DNA from: Pseudomonadota bacterium
GTDB lineage: Bacteria > Desulfobacterota > Desulfovibrionia > Desulfovibrionales > Desulfovibrionaceae
Direction: 5' to 3'
Assembly: GCA_023417745.1 (NCBI GenBank)
Contig: JAEZEM010000408.1
Coordinates: 1-45,865 of the forward strand
Length of the DNA: 45,865 nt
Under the pieces are notes generated by a model, which worked only from the letters and a program-made list of their open reading frames with translations, searched no databases and had not been told where the DNA came from. Shown here piece after piece: positions 1-10,123 of the stretch. Position numbers and translations under genes: made by a program. Position 1 is the first letter of the stretch; the number at the start of each line of letters is the position of its first letter.

Positions 1-3000
1 ACCCGGGCCAGCACCCGCTCCAGTTCCTTGGCGTCCACGGGCTTGCTCACGTAGTCGTCCATGCCGGCGGCCAGGAACTTTTCCCGATCCCCGGCCATGG
101 CGTAGGCGGTCATGGCCACGATGGGCGTCGCGGCCCTTTCCCCCAGGGCAACATCCTCACGGATGGCCCGGGTCGCGGCCACGCCGTCCATGACCGGCAT
201 CTGCACGTCCATGAGGATGCAGTCATAGTCGCGGCGGGCCACCATGGCCACGGCTTCGGCCCCGTTCTCGGCCATGTCCACGGTATGACCGGCCTTTTCA
301 AGCATGCGGGCGAAGCTCATGAGGCTTACCGCGTCGTCCTCGACCAGCAGCAGGCACAAAGCCGACAGGCCCGCTGCGGGGCGCGAGATCCAAAGCGAGG
401 CGGTCGGGCCGAGCCCGGCCGGCACGTGCCGGGCCAACGGCAGGGAAACATGGATGGACGTGCCCTGGCCGAGTTCGCTTTCCACCGCGATTTCACCGCC
501 CATGAGCCGCACCAGCCGGCGCACGATGGACAGTCCCAGCCCCGCGCCGCCGAACCGGCGCACATAAACGCCCTCCACCTGGCCAAAAGGCTCGAAAATG
601 ACGCCCAGTTCGTCGTCGGGGATGCCGATGCCCGTGTCGGTCACGGTGATAAGCAGATGAAAACCCGCGTCGAACCGCTGGGAGGCCGGAGCGATATTCA
701 CGGACACGCCCCCGGCGTCGGTGAATTTGACGGCGTTGCCCGCGAGGTTGAACAGAATCTGGCGCAGCCTCGCCTCGTCGGCCCACAACCGCTCGGGCAG
801 GGACGGATCAAGGCCAACAGACAAGGACAGGCACTTTTCCCGGGCCGGCAGGGAGAAGAGATCCATGACCGCGCCGCGCAGATCGGCCGGGTCCACGGCT
901 TCCTGGCGGATGATCAACCGGCCGGACTCCACCATGGACAGGTCGAGGATGTCCGAGAGCAGGCGCGTGAGCCGTTTGGAGGCCTTGACCGCGTTATCCA
1001 CATATTCGCCCTGCTCCGCGTCGAGGTCCGTGCCGTCCAGGAGCTGGAGCATGCCGAGCACGCCGTTTAAGGGCGTTCTGATCTCGTGGCTCATGTTGGC
1101 CAGGAATTCCGATTTGGAGCGGCTGGCGGCCTCGGCCGCCTTTTTGGCGGCGACAAGCCGCCGGTCCAGGCGCAGACGTTCGATAATCCGGGCGCAGGCC
1201 TCGGCCAGGGGACGGACCTGCTCGGCCAGGGCCACGTCGTAGCCGCCTTCCCGGTTGGCCAGACCGATGGCCCCCACGCACTCCTGGCCGTGTTGCAAGG
1301 GCAGCCCCAGAAAGGCCGCCAGGGGCGGATGGCCTTCGGGCAGCCGGCCGCAGGATCGGGAATCGTCGGACGGGCTATTGGCGATGACCGGTTCGCCGGC
1401 CAGGCAGGCGGCGGCCAAAAGCCCGTCTGCGGCGGTAAAGATCAGATTGCGGGCCTCGGCGGGCGACAGCGGCGACCCCGAAACTGCGTCCCAGCATAGG
1501 TCGGAAACGGCCAAAATCCGCTGGACGGGCTGCCCCGGGACATCCTCGACGAGTTCGGCCACGTAGCCGAAGCGGCTGTCGGTGGCGGCCACCACCTCGG
1601 CCAGGGCCGCGGCGAAGATCGTTTCGGCGGACTGGCCCGCGACGTAAGCCCCCTGGATGCGGGCCACGGCCTCGGCCAGAGCGTCCTGGCGGCGCTTTTC
1701 CTCGGCCGCTTGCAGCCGTTGGGTGATGTCGCGCGTGAAGACGAGGCTTGCCGGCTTGCCCTGGTGCTCGAAAGGCACGGCTATGGCCTCCACGGGGACC
1801 GATTCCCCGTCCAGACGCAGGTAGCGCAATTCCACCAGGGGCTCGCTGCTTCGGCCCTCGTTGACGCTCCGGATGCGCTGACGCACGATTTCACGGGAAT
1901 CGGGATGGACCATGGAGATGATTTCCCGGCCGATCAACTCTTCGGGATTGGCGGCCCCAAACAGGCGGGCCGCCGCCGCATTGACCGAAGCGAATTTCCC
2001 CTCGCACTGCACCATGATGGCGTCCGGGGCGGACTCCACGAGCTGGCGCAAGCGTTCCTCGCTTCGGGCCAGGGCGCTTGTCGCCTCGATACGGGCGGTG
2101 GCGTCCTCGAAGACCACGGCGAACTGGTCCGGCCCGGTGCGCATGGCCGAGACGCGCAAATACTTCCGCAGAGGGGGGAAATACGTCTCGAAGGACTCGG
2201 GCCGACCGGTTTCCACGATGCGTTCGTAGACATCAAGGTTGGGCGGCTCGTCCACCCCGTAGATTTCCCGCACGCTGCCGCCCATGGCCTGCTCCCGGGA
2301 AATGCCGAGGATGGCCGAATAGCCGGGGTTGACGTCCAGAATGCGGTAGTCGACCACCGCGGCGGCCGCGTCGCGCACCATGGCCAGCAGGCACACGCCT
2401 TCGGCCATGGCCTCGAACAGACCGTGGTAGCGGGCCTCGCTTTCGGCCAAGGCTTCCTCGGCCCGTTTGCGCTCGGTGATGTCCAGGCCGTAGGCGTTGA
2501 CGTAGCCGCGACCGGGCACGGGCTGGACGAAAAAGGCGAACAGCCGGGAGCCTACGGCGATTTCGCCGCTGGCCCGCATCCCCTGGCCAAAAGCCGCCGC
2601 CGCCAGGGGGCGCAAGGCTTCAGGCAGGGTCTGGCCCGGCGCGCCGCCCAGGGATTCCAAAAGTTCCAGGCTGGCCGGGTTGGCGTAGGCCACCGTGAAA
2701 TCGGGCATGACGCGCAGCACCGGATTGGGGTTTTCCCCCGGGAACCGGGCCATGTCGCGCAGCGCCTCCTCGACCCGTTTGCGTTCGGTGATGTCCAGGG
2801 CATAGGCCACCCGGGAAATCGTGGCCCCGGCAGCGTCTCGAAGGGTCGTCACTTCCACCAGGACCGGGAACCGGCTGCCGTCCTTGCGGACATGCACGGT
2901 CTCGACCACGCCGTGCCCCAGGGCGTCGAAGCTGGCGATGGCCTCTCGGACGCGCTCCCGCTCCTCCTCGGGAAAGAGCAGGGCAAGCGACCCGCCGACG

Positions 3001-6000
3001 AGTTCGTCCGGCGCGTAGCCGCGTTGCCGGGCAAAGGCCGGGTTGACTTCAAGAAACGTGTTGTCGCGAGCGTCGACATGGACCAGCCCGAACTCGGCGC
3101 TCTCGAACACCCGGCTCCAACGCCGGGCCTGGGTCTCCAGGCGGTTGCGCTCGGTGACGTCGCTGGCCACCTCCAAAATGGAGACCGGCCGGCTGGCCGC
3201 GTCGCGGTTGAGCACCCAGGTCACGGCTAAATCGATGCGCCGGCCGTCCTTGGCCCACTTGCGCAGTTCCCCGGTCCAGCGCCCCTGGCGCAACAGTTCT
3301 TCGGTGACCACGGCCAGGGGTTGGGGGAACTCGGTGGCCAACAGATCCCAGGAGATCTGGCCCAAAGCCTCTTCCGGGGCATAGCCGAAGAGTTCCCAGG
3401 AACCGGTGTTCCAGTAGGTGATCCGGCCGTCCAGGTCGCGCACCATGACCGGAGCCAGATCAAGGAGTCGGGCCTTTTCGCGCAGTTCCTCGGTGCGCCG
3501 GGCCACCAGCTCCTCAAGCTCGGCCTGACCCCGACGCAGCACCGCCTCGGCCTCCTTCAGCGCCGTCACCTCGCCAAACGTCAGCACCACGCCGTCCACC
3601 ACGCCCTCGGGCGACCGGAAGGGATAGGCCCGCTGGAGATACCAGCGGCCGTCTTCGCAGCGCGTTTCCCGCTCGATGATGCCGCCGCCGGACAGGACCT
3701 GCCGGCAATCGTCCAGCAGGCGTTTGGCCTCGAAGGTGGTCTTGATGTTGGCCACGGGCCGACCGAGGTCGGTGGGCACGAGATGGAACAGGCCGGTGAT
3801 GGCCGGGGTGAAGCGGACCACGGCCAGGGAGCCGTCCAGCACCAGGGTCGGGACGTTGGCGGCGGCCAGGAGGTTTTCCACGAACCCCCGGGCCTGGGCC
3901 AGTTCGTCGACCTTGTGCTGGAGTTCGGCGTTGACGAAGTTGAGTTCCTCGTTAAGCGACTGGAGTTCCTCGCGCGAGGCGTCCATCTCCTCGTTGGAGG
4001 ACTGGAGTTCCTCGTTGGTCCCGACCAGTTCCTCGTTGGCGGCGCGCAGCTCCTCGGTCAAGGTTTCGTAGCGCGACACGGCCCGGCCGAGGTCGTCGCC
4101 CAGGCGTTCCAGGGCCGTCTCGTAGCGCACGACCAGATCGGTCTGGGCGCGATCCGGCGGCGGCGAGGCCGGCTCGGCGTTGTCCCGCCCGGCCAGGGAT
4201 TCAAAGCTGAGCACCGTCAGCGCCTGGTTTCCCCAGACGTCGGCCACGGGCAGCCCGCGCACCAGGACGCCGTCGCCGGCCGACTCTGCCGGGAAGACAG
4301 GGCCGGACACGGCCTCGCCGCCGTCCCTGGCCACGGCCGCAAGCACCTCGCGCGCGGCCGGACGCAGGGGTTTGCGGACCAGTTTGCCCACGGTCAGGCT
4401 GGGTTCGCCCGAGGTCAGTTCGAGAAAAGGATTGAGGTCGCCCACGAACCGCAGGATCTGCCCGTTGGCTGCGACCAGCACCGACGGCGGGCAATAGCGG
4501 GCCAACAGCGCGCCCTCGGCCAGGCCTTCATGATCGGCGGGCGCGACGCGGGGCGGCGGCGTGACGGGGCTGGCCCCTGGCGGCGGGGGCACGAACCGCG
4601 TGGGCGGCGGCACGGAGGCGGTGGCGGGCTTGCGTCGAAAAAGCCGCCAGGTCTTGTCCACGGTGGTGAAAAAGGCCTGGGCCGGGCCGATGGACTCGGC
4701 CGGCCCCAGGAGCAGATAGCCGCCGGGACGCAGGGCATGGGCGAAAAGCGACAGCACCTTGGCCTGGGCCTCGGCATTGATGTAAATCAGAAAATTGCGG
4801 CAAAGGATCAAATCCATGCCCAGGAAGGGCGGGTCGCGCAACAGGTTGTGCACGGCAAAGACCATGGATTCGCGCAGCTGACGGGCCATCTGGCAGGCGT
4901 CGCCGACCGGGAGGCAAAAGGCCTCGCGCCGGGCCGGGGACAAAGCGGCCGCATGGCGGGCGTGATAGACGCCGCGCCGGGCCGTTTCCAGGGCCTTGGC
5001 GTCGAGGTCGGTGGCGAAAAGTTTGACGGCCCGCCGGCCCTCCCGGACCTCGGGGCGCTCGGCCAGGAGCATGGCCAGGCTGTAGGCCTCCTCGCCGGTG
5101 GAACAGGCCGCCGCCCAGACCCGCATGACCTCCCCGGGCTCCAGCCGGCCCAGGATGTCCGGCAGGGCCACGTCCTCAAGCCGGGCAAAGGCCTCGGCAT
5201 TGCGGAAAAACGCCGTGACGCCGATGAGCATGTCGTCGAAAAGCCGCTCCGCTTCCTCGGTGTCCCCGGCCAGGCGATCCGCGTAGGCGGCCAAATTCGG
5301 GCAGCCGCCAAGAAGCATGCGTTTCTTGCAGCGCCGCAGGAGCGTGCTGGTTTTGTAGGACTGGGCCTCATGGCCGGCCAGGGCAGCCAAGGATTCGCGA
5401 ATCCGGATCAGGGCCGCCTCGTCGTCCGGCAGACCGTCCTGCGCGCCGTCAAGCCCGTGGCCGGCCTGAGCAGCGAAATAGGCGGCCAAGGCCGCTCCCA
5501 TGGCGGCCGGCGGCAACGCCGCGTCGCAGGGAACGCCGCCCGCCAAGACCGGAGACGTTGGCGCAAAGGCGTTTGCTTCGGCGGCCAGGACCAGTCCGCC
5601 GGCGGCCCAAACGGCCATGGCGCCGGGCGTAGCCCCGCCGTCCAGCACCGCCGCCGCCGCGCCCGGCCCGCACTCTCGGGCCAGCGAGGCGAAAAAGACG
5701 TCGAGGGCCACGTCGGCCGCCCCTGGCGGACGTGACCGCAACCGCCCGCCTTCCAGTATCCAGCCGTCCCTGGCCGAGGCCAAAAACACCGCTGCCGGCG
5801 CAAGCCGCGCTCCGTCCTTGGCGACAGTCGCCGGCAGCCGGCCTCTCCCAGCCAGGGCGGCCAGGGCAGCCGGGTCCAACATGCCTTCCCCATCGGCCAG
5901 GACCACCACGGCGGCGGCGCAGTCAGCGGGCAAGCCGGCCAGAAAGGCTTCGAGCCGCCCGGCATCCCCAGCCGCGACGCCGACAACGGGAAAGCCCAAA

Positions 6001-6041
6001 GCGCCTTCTTGTTCCTCATCGACAGACAGGCCAGCGACCAT
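1..6041 (-). CDS. Giant hybrid sensor histidine kinase: degenerate CheB-like domain, CheR, coiled coil, about 6 PAS, GAF, HisKA, HATPase, REC (3' end runs off the window)
   Basis: Not in the ORF track because the stop lies outside the window. ATG at 6041 with GGGGAG RBS. Spot checks at 5231, 1094 and 62 fall in the same frame: CheR motifs DMLIGVTAFFRN, RVWAAACSTGEEAYS, CRNFLIY; H-box KSEFLANMSHEIRTP; FNLAGNAVKFT, DTGIGI, GAGLGL; REC motifs DVQMPVMDG and GMDDYVSKP. Confidence 0.9.
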   Translation of the reverse strand, partial: MVAGLSVDEEQEGALGFPVVGVAAGDAGRLEAFLAGLPADCAAAVVVLADGEGMLDPAALAALAGRGRLPATVAKDGARLAPAAVFLASARDGWILEGGRLRSRPPGAADVALDVFFASLARECGPGAAAAVLDGGATPGAMAVWAAGGLVLAAEANAFAPTSPVLAGGVPCDAALPPAAMGAALAAYFAAQAGHGLDGAQDGLPDDEAALIRIRESLAALAGHEAQSYKTSTLLRRCKKRMLLGGCPNLAAYADRLAGDTEEAERLFDDMLIGVTAFFRNAEAFARLEDVALPDILGRLEPGEVMRVWAAACSTGEEAYSLAMLLAERPEVREGRRAVKLFATDLDAKALETARRGVYHARHAAALSPARREAFCLPVGDACQMARQLRESMVFAVHNLLRDPPFLGMDLILCRNFLIYINAEAQAKVLSLFAHALRPGGYLLLGPAESIGPAQAFFTTVDKTWRLFRRKPATASVPPPTRFVPPPPGASPVTPPPRVAPADHEGLAEGALLARYCPPSVLVAANGQILRFVGDLNPFLELTSGEPSLTVGKLVRKPLRPAAREVLAAVARDGGEAVSGPVFPAESAGDGVLVRGLPVADVWGNQALTVLSFESLAGRDNAEPASPPPDRAQTDLVVRYETALERLGDDLGRAVSRYETLTEELRAANEELVGTNEELQSSNEEMDASREELQSLNEELNFVNAELQHKVDELAQARGFVENLLAAANVPTLVLDGSLAVVRFTPAITGLFHLVPTDLGRPVANIKTTFEAKRLLDDCRQVLSGGGIIERETRCEDGRWYLQRAYPFRSPEGVVDGVVLTFGEVTALKEAEAVLRRGQAELEELVARRTEELREKARLLDLAPVMVRDLDGRITYWNTGSWELFGYAPEEALGQISWDLLATEFPQPLAVVTEELLRQGRWTGELRKWAKDGRRIDLAVTWVLNRDAASRPVSILEVASDVTERNRLETQARRWSRVFESAEFGLVHVDARDNTFLEVNPAFARQRGYAPDELVGGSLALLFPEEERERVREAIASFDALGHGVVETVHVRKDGSRFPVLVEVTTLRDAAGATISRVAYALDITERKRVEEALRDMARFPGENPNPVLRVMPDFTVAYANPASLELLESLGGAPGQTLPEALRPLAAAAFGQGMRASGEIAVGSRLFAFFVQPVPGRGYVNAYGLDITERKRAEEALAESEARYHGLFEAMAEGVCLLAMVRDAAAAVVDYRILDVNPGYSAILGISREQAMGGSVREIYGVDEPPNLDVYERIVETGRPESFETYFPPLRKYLRVSAMRTGPDQFAVVFEDATARIEATSALARSEERLRQLVESAPDAIMVQCEGKFASVNAAAARLFGAANPEELIGREIISMVHPDSREIVRQRIRSVNEGRSSEPLVELRYLRLDGESVPVEAIAVPFEHQGKPASLVFTRDITQRLQAAEEKRRQDALAEAVARIQGAYVAGQSAETIFAAALAEVVAATDSRFGYVAELVEDVPGQPVQRILAVSDLCWDAVSGSPLSPAEARNLIFTAADGLLAAACLAGEPVIANSPSDDSRSCGRLPEGHPPLAAFLGLPLQHGQECVGAIGLANREGGYDVALAEQVRPLAEACARIIERLRLDRRLVAAKKAAEAASRSKSEFLANMSHEIRTPLNGVLGMLQLLDGTDLDAEQGEYVDNAVKASKRLTRLLSDILDLSMVESGRLIIRQEAVDPADLRGAVMDLFSLPAREKCLSLSVGLDPSLPERLWADEARLRQILFNLAGNAVKFTDAGGVSVNIAPASQRFDAGFHLLITVTDTGIGIPDDELGVIFEPFGQVEGVYVRRFGGAGLGLSIVRRLVRLMGGEIAVESELGQGTSIHVSLPLARHVPAGLGPTASLWISRPAAGLSALCLLLVEDDAVSLMSFARMLEKAGHTVDMAENGAEAVAMVARRDYDCILMDVQMPVMDGVAATRAIREDVALGERAATPIVAMTAYAMAGDREKFLAAGMDDYVSKPVDAKELERVLAR

Positions 6042-6412
6042 AAAACTCCCCTCTGCCCAACTCCAGGACGGCCCAAGGACAAGAATCGGCGACGGACCAC
6101 GCAGGCGATGCCCTGGTTCTTGAGCCATTCTTAGCATCGTGACGCAATGGGGGCAACTCTCTTGATTTTTTTACGTTGGCTCAAGGCCAGGAGCCCTGGC
6201 CGCCCGGTCGGCGCGACTCGAACAGCCCATCCAGCCGAGAGCAAGAGCGGCTCATAACGCCCGACGCCTGACCATGCCATGGTCGCTACGGCGGCACGGT
6301 GGCGTCCCCAAGGCCAGACGCCCCCCTGGCGTGACTGTCAAAGCATCGATAAGCCAAATCCGACGAACCCACTATCCCCTTTACGGATTCCAAAAAGCGT
6401 GTAGAATGGGAC

Positions 6413-6441
6413 TTGATTCCTACCAGAACACTCTGTATACC
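6413..6441 (+). promoter_or_regulatory. Putative sigma70 promoter for mucR
   Basis: TTGATT-N17-TATACC about 35 nt upstream of the GAGGA RBS/ATG. Confidence 0.4.
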
Positions 6442-6476
6442 GCCGACTTCAAATTGAATTCATCGAGAGGAAATCC

Positions 6477-6878
6477 ATGGAAGAATATCTGCAAAGCGCT
6501 TTGGAGATCGTCAAGGCCCAGGCCGGCTCGCGTCCCATGACCGAGGAAGAAATCCTGAGCATGGTCAAATCCGTGGCCAGCGGCATTGCCGCCCTGACCA
6601 CGGGACAGCCCGTCCCCGGCCAGGAAGAAGCGGCCGCTCCCGGCATGGACCCCAAGAAGTCCATCAAGGAAGCCTCCATCACCTGCCTGGAGTGCGGCAA
6701 GTCCTTCAAGGTCATCACGCGCAAGCACCTGGCCTCCCACGGCCTCGCTCCCGAGGAGTATCGGGCCAAGTACGGCTTTAAAAAGACACAGGCCCTGGCC
6801 TGCAAGTCCCTGGCCCGGGAACGTCGGGCCAAGATGAAGGACATGAAGCTCTGGGAACGCCGCCAGAAGCCCGAATAG
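6477..6878 (+). CDS. mucR: MucR/Ros family zinc-finger transcriptional regulator / nucleoid protein
   Basis: SITCLECGKSFKVITRKHLASHGLAPEEYRAKYG motif; GAGGA RBS. Confidence 0.92.
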   Translation: MEEYLQSALEIVKAQAGSRPMTEEEILSMVKSVASGIAALTTGQPVPGQEEAAAPGMDPKKSIKEASITCLECGKSFKVITRKHLASHGLAPEEYRAKYGFKKTQALACKSLARERRAKMKDMKLWERRQKPE

Positions 6879-6912
6879 CGCGCCCCTGCCCGGGTCGCCC
6901 AGTCGCCGGCAC

Positions 6913-6951
6913 AAGGACCGGACGTCTCCCCAGGGACGTCCGGTCTTTTTT
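6913..6951 (+). terminator. Rho-independent terminator after mucR
   Basis: GACCGGACGTC...GACGTCCGGTC stem followed by a T-run. Confidence 0.8.
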
Positions 6952-6957
6952 GGTCCC

Positions 6958-6988
6958 GGCCCTGGCCCTGGCCCTGGCCCTGGCCCTG
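6958..6988. repeat. Hexamer tandem repeat (GGCCCT)x5
   Basis: ggccctggccctggccctggccctggccctg read directly. Confidence 0.9.
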
Positions 6989-7312
6989 ACGGACCGCGAA
7001 CACGCCCGACCGTCCTCCAGGGACGTCGGGCGTTATTTGTCTCCCGGCCGACGCACGGCGGCCCCCAAGCCCGGACCGGCCGTCCTTCGGGAACGCCCGT
7101 TTTTTTTGTCCCGCCCGGGTTGCAATCCTCGCGGCCCTTGCCCTGGCGCTGTCCTCTCGCCTATCCTGGGCCAGCCTCGCCTTGCGCCCGCGACAGCGGC
7201 GCGGGGACGCGGCGAGATCGCGCGCGGCCAGGCTGTCGCCCCCCGGCCAACCGCAGGATCATTAAGGAAACGCCCCAGCTCCAGCATTGTTGCCACACCG
7301 GGAGGAACCGCC

Positions 7313-8035
7313 GTGCCCCACTGGTTTTCCTGTCGCCTGCGCCAGGCGGAAGAGCTGCTCGCCCGCGTCCATGAACCCGAGGCCGTGCTGGACCTGCTGG
7401 CCCTCATCGAAGCGCCGCCCCTGGAGTACGACACCGTCTGCCGTATTTCCCTCTACGCCGAGACCCTGCCCAAGGCCGAAGAGCAGCCCTTCACCCCGGC
7501 CGAGCGCCACATGCATTTCCTGTGGGACGCCTTTGACAAGCAGCCCCTGTCGCTCATCGTGCCCTTTGCCATCCCGTTTCGGCGGCTGTTGGCCCGACGG
7601 CTGTTCGGGGCCTGCGGGGCGGCCTTTACCGCCGAGGAGAACGTGCGCTTCAACTTCGCCCGGCTGTTGCGGGTGGGCGAAGGGGTGTTTTTAAACCGCA
7701 ACGTGTATCTCGACACCAAGGGCGGCCTGACCCTTGGCGACGGCGTGGCCCTGGCCGAGGACGTGCGCGTTTTCACTCACAGCCACGGCGAGGCCTCGCA
7801 CATCGAACGCATCTACCGACCGGTGGCCGTCGGCGACTACGCCAAGATCTACGCCGGGGCGACCCTGCTGCCCGGCGTGACTGTGGGCCGGCAGGCCATC
7901 GTGGCCGCCGGCTCCCTGGTCGTCCACGACGTGCCCGACGGCATGGTGGCGGCCGGACGGCCGGCCAAGGTCCTCCGGGAGCGACGCACCGAAGGCCGCG
8001 ACGGAGCCGACCTCGAACACATCTGGCTCTTTTGA
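7313..8035 (+). CDS. Hexapeptide-repeat (left-handed beta-helix) acyltransferase, maltose/galactoside O-acetyltransferase-like
   Basis: GTG start after GGAGG; LRVGEGVFLNRNVYLD, PVAVGDYAKIYAGATLLPGVTVGRQAIVAAGSLV, AAGRPAKV. Confidence 0.85.
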   Translation: MPHWFSCRLRQAEELLARVHEPEAVLDLLALIEAPPLEYDTVCRISLYAETLPKAEEQPFTPAERHMHFLWDAFDKQPLSLIVPFAIPFRRLLARRLFGACGAAFTAEENVRFNFARLLRVGEGVFLNRNVYLDTKGGLTLGDGVALAEDVRVFTHSHGEASHIERIYRPVAVGDYAKIYAGATLLPGVTVGRQAIVAAGSLVVHDVPDGMVAAGRPAKVLRERRTEGRDGADLEHIWLF

Positions 8036-8070
8036 CCCGCGCCAACCCCAACGCCCAGGAGTCCGCCGCC

Positions 8071-8331
8071 ATGCACATGCAGGATCTGCACAAGCTCATG
8101 CAAAGCCTTGCCGAGGTCAACGCCAAGGACATCTGCGAAATCTGGCAGGCCATTGAGGCCAACAAATCGGGCCAGCACGTCAAGCACGACGTCGGCGGCT
8201 GGCACTCCGTGGACGGCCAGACCTTTTCCATCGAGATCGGCATTTTAAACAGCGGCGGCCGCATGCTGCGCCTGCACATCGGCCCGGACGGCAAGTTCGA
8301 CGGCGCGGTGCTGCTGCCCGACATGGACTGA
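8071..8331 (+). CDS. Small hypothetical protein
   Basis: AGGAG RBS before ATG 8071; host-like codon usage; directly follows the acyltransferase. Confidence 0.6.
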   Translation: MHMQDLHKLMQSLAEVNAKDICEIWQAIEANKSGQHVKHDVGGWHSVDGQTFSIEIGILNSGGRMLRLHIGPDGKFDGAVLLPDMD

Positions 8332-8408
8332 CCGTCCCCGGCCGACGGGGAGCGAGGCCGGCCGGCGGCACGACAACCGCTGTCCGCCGGCCTCGCCGCC
8401 GGGCCGCC

Positions 8409-9326
8409 CTACTGCAAGAGCGTGCGCGACTGTCCCGGAGGCGGCGCCGCATTCCAGAAGGCGGCGTCCAGGGTCAGGGTTTCCTCGGCTTGCCGCGTTC
8501 CCAGCGGATCGACAACCCGGATGATGACCTTTGGCGCGCCGCCGGCCGGCGGCAGCCAGGCGGCCAGCATGCCCACGGTGCGAGCCTTGCCCGGGGCCGA
8601 GCCGGTGCGCAGGATCGACCAGTCCGGCCCGGCGGCCTGATCCCGGGACAGGGCGGCCACGGCGTCCAGATCGGCCGGCTTTTTGAGCGCCGTCAACAGC
8701 TCGCGGATGCGCCCCAGCCGCACCAGGCTTCCCTGGGCGTCCGGCTCCTGGCGCATGTCCGGGGTATTGACGAGCAGCGGATGGTTGGTGTGGGCCGTGA
8801 ACGTGTCGCGCGACATGACCTCGATCTTCCAGGCCTTGCCCGAGGATTCGATCATGGCCACTTCCTTCGCGTCGGCGATGAGGGCGAAAATGGGCACGAC
8901 GCCGGCCAACAGCTCCTGGGCGGCCACCACTTCGCGCACCGTGGCGAACCGCGTCAGGATGGGGTTGACCGGATAGACGAGGCGTTCCTGGCGCACCAGC
9001 CGCTGGCGCTCGGCCTTGGCGATGGTCCCGACGGTGGCCGTGACCACGGCCAAGCCCTTTTCGTTGACGCCGCCGACCATGGTCGGCTTGGCCCCGCCCA
9101 AGGACAGCATAGCCATGACCCGATAGCCTTCCCGGGGCGTCACCAGGGCGAACGCGGTCGGATGGCCCGGCGGGTAGTCGCGGTTTTTGACCAGAATGGA
9201 GCCGCCGCCGGCCACTTCCGCCCCGTTTACGGCCCACAGGGTGCAGGCCCGGGACGTCGGGGGGATGACCAGGACGGTCAGCAGGAGCAGGCAGGAGGCG
9301 GCAAGAAACCGGTGGATTTTGACCAT
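8409..9326 (-). CDS. Exported Ntn-hydrolase, peptidase C45 / acyl-CoA:6-APA acyltransferase-like
   Basis: Signal peptide followed by A|CTLWAV (N-terminal Cys nucleophile), LVKNRD, GGVNEKGLAV, AHTNH. Confidence 0.75.
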   Translation of the reverse strand: MVKIHRFLAASCLLLLTVLVIPPTSRACTLWAVNGAEVAGGGSILVKNRDYPPGHPTAFALVTPREGYRVMAMLSLGGAKPTMVGGVNEKGLAVVTATVGTIAKAERQRLVRQERLVYPVNPILTRFATVREVVAAQELLAGVVPIFALIADAKEVAMIESSGKAWKIEVMSRDTFTAHTNHPLLVNTPDMRQEPDAQGSLVRLGRIRELLTALKKPADLDAVAALSRDQAAGPDWSILRTGSAPGKARTVGMLAAWLPPAGGAPKVIIRVVDPLGTRQAEETLTLDAAFWNAAPPPGQSRTLLQ

Positions 9327-9490
9327 GCAACCCTCGCGACGACGTTGGGGTTTGGCCGGCCGACGGCGGCCCGGGCGAAACGAGACACGCGACAACAACG
9401 GTTCGCCGCCGGACAAAGCCGGGCGGCGCGCGAAATGCCTACCAAACGCCGCCGCGTTCCGCCTGGCCGGGGCGGCCCCGTTGCGGACGG

Positions 9491-9952
9491 TCATTGCCCC
9501 TTGACGAGGTCATTGAGGTAGCGCAGGCGCTCCGGGGTGTTTTGCAGGATGTAGGCGCACATGTGGGCGCGCTCCAGGATGAAGGCGTTGGCCGAGGCGT
9601 CGGTGAGGCGCTCCGGGGTCAAAAACGGCAGCGCCATCGACTTGTACCGGGCCTCGACATACTGCGGCGACATGTACGCCTTGGCCATCGTCAGAAACTC
9701 CCTGGTCCGGGCCACAGCCTTGCGCTGGGTCTCCAGGTCGTTGGTCCCCAGGGCCATGGCCCCGGTGATGCGGGCCGCCACGGCGCACTGACACAATTCG
9801 TCGACCAGCCGGCTGCGGGCCGTCGCCGTGTACTGCGGTCCGGCGGGCCGTGAGCCCTGGCCGCCGGCTTTCTGGGCCAAGCCCAAACCGGGAACGGCCA
9901 GCCCGCCCATGACCACCAGCAGCAACCATGCCGCCATCGCCCGTTTGTCCAT
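9491..9952 (-). CDS. Hypothetical exported protein
   Basis: Signal-peptide-like N-terminus (MDKRAMAAWLLLVVMGGLAVPGLGLA); good codon bias. Confidence 0.6.
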   Translation of the reverse strand: MDKRAMAAWLLLVVMGGLAVPGLGLAQKAGGQGSRPAGPQYTATARSRLVDELCQCAVAARITGAMALGTNDLETQRKAVARTREFLTMAKAYMSPQYVEARYKSMALPFLTPERLTDASANAFILERAHMCAYILQNTPERLRYLNDLVKGQ

Positions 9953-10123
9953 GCGCCGCCCCTTTTGCCGACCGATGCCATCGGCCTAGCAATGCCGCGT
10001 CGGCTTGTCAAAAGCGGTGATCGCCGTCCTGCCTCGGCGTGCCCACGAAGAAACAGGCCGGGAAATGAAAAACGAAAATGATTCATGGAGGGCGCGTGGG
10101 GAATGTGTTAGTCGGGGCACACC

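Noticed and set aside
285..5735. Long + strand ORFs (285-1070, 1710-3230, 3321-5735)
   Set aside because: Antisense shadows of the GC-rich hybrid kinase on the minus strand; no recognisable motifs
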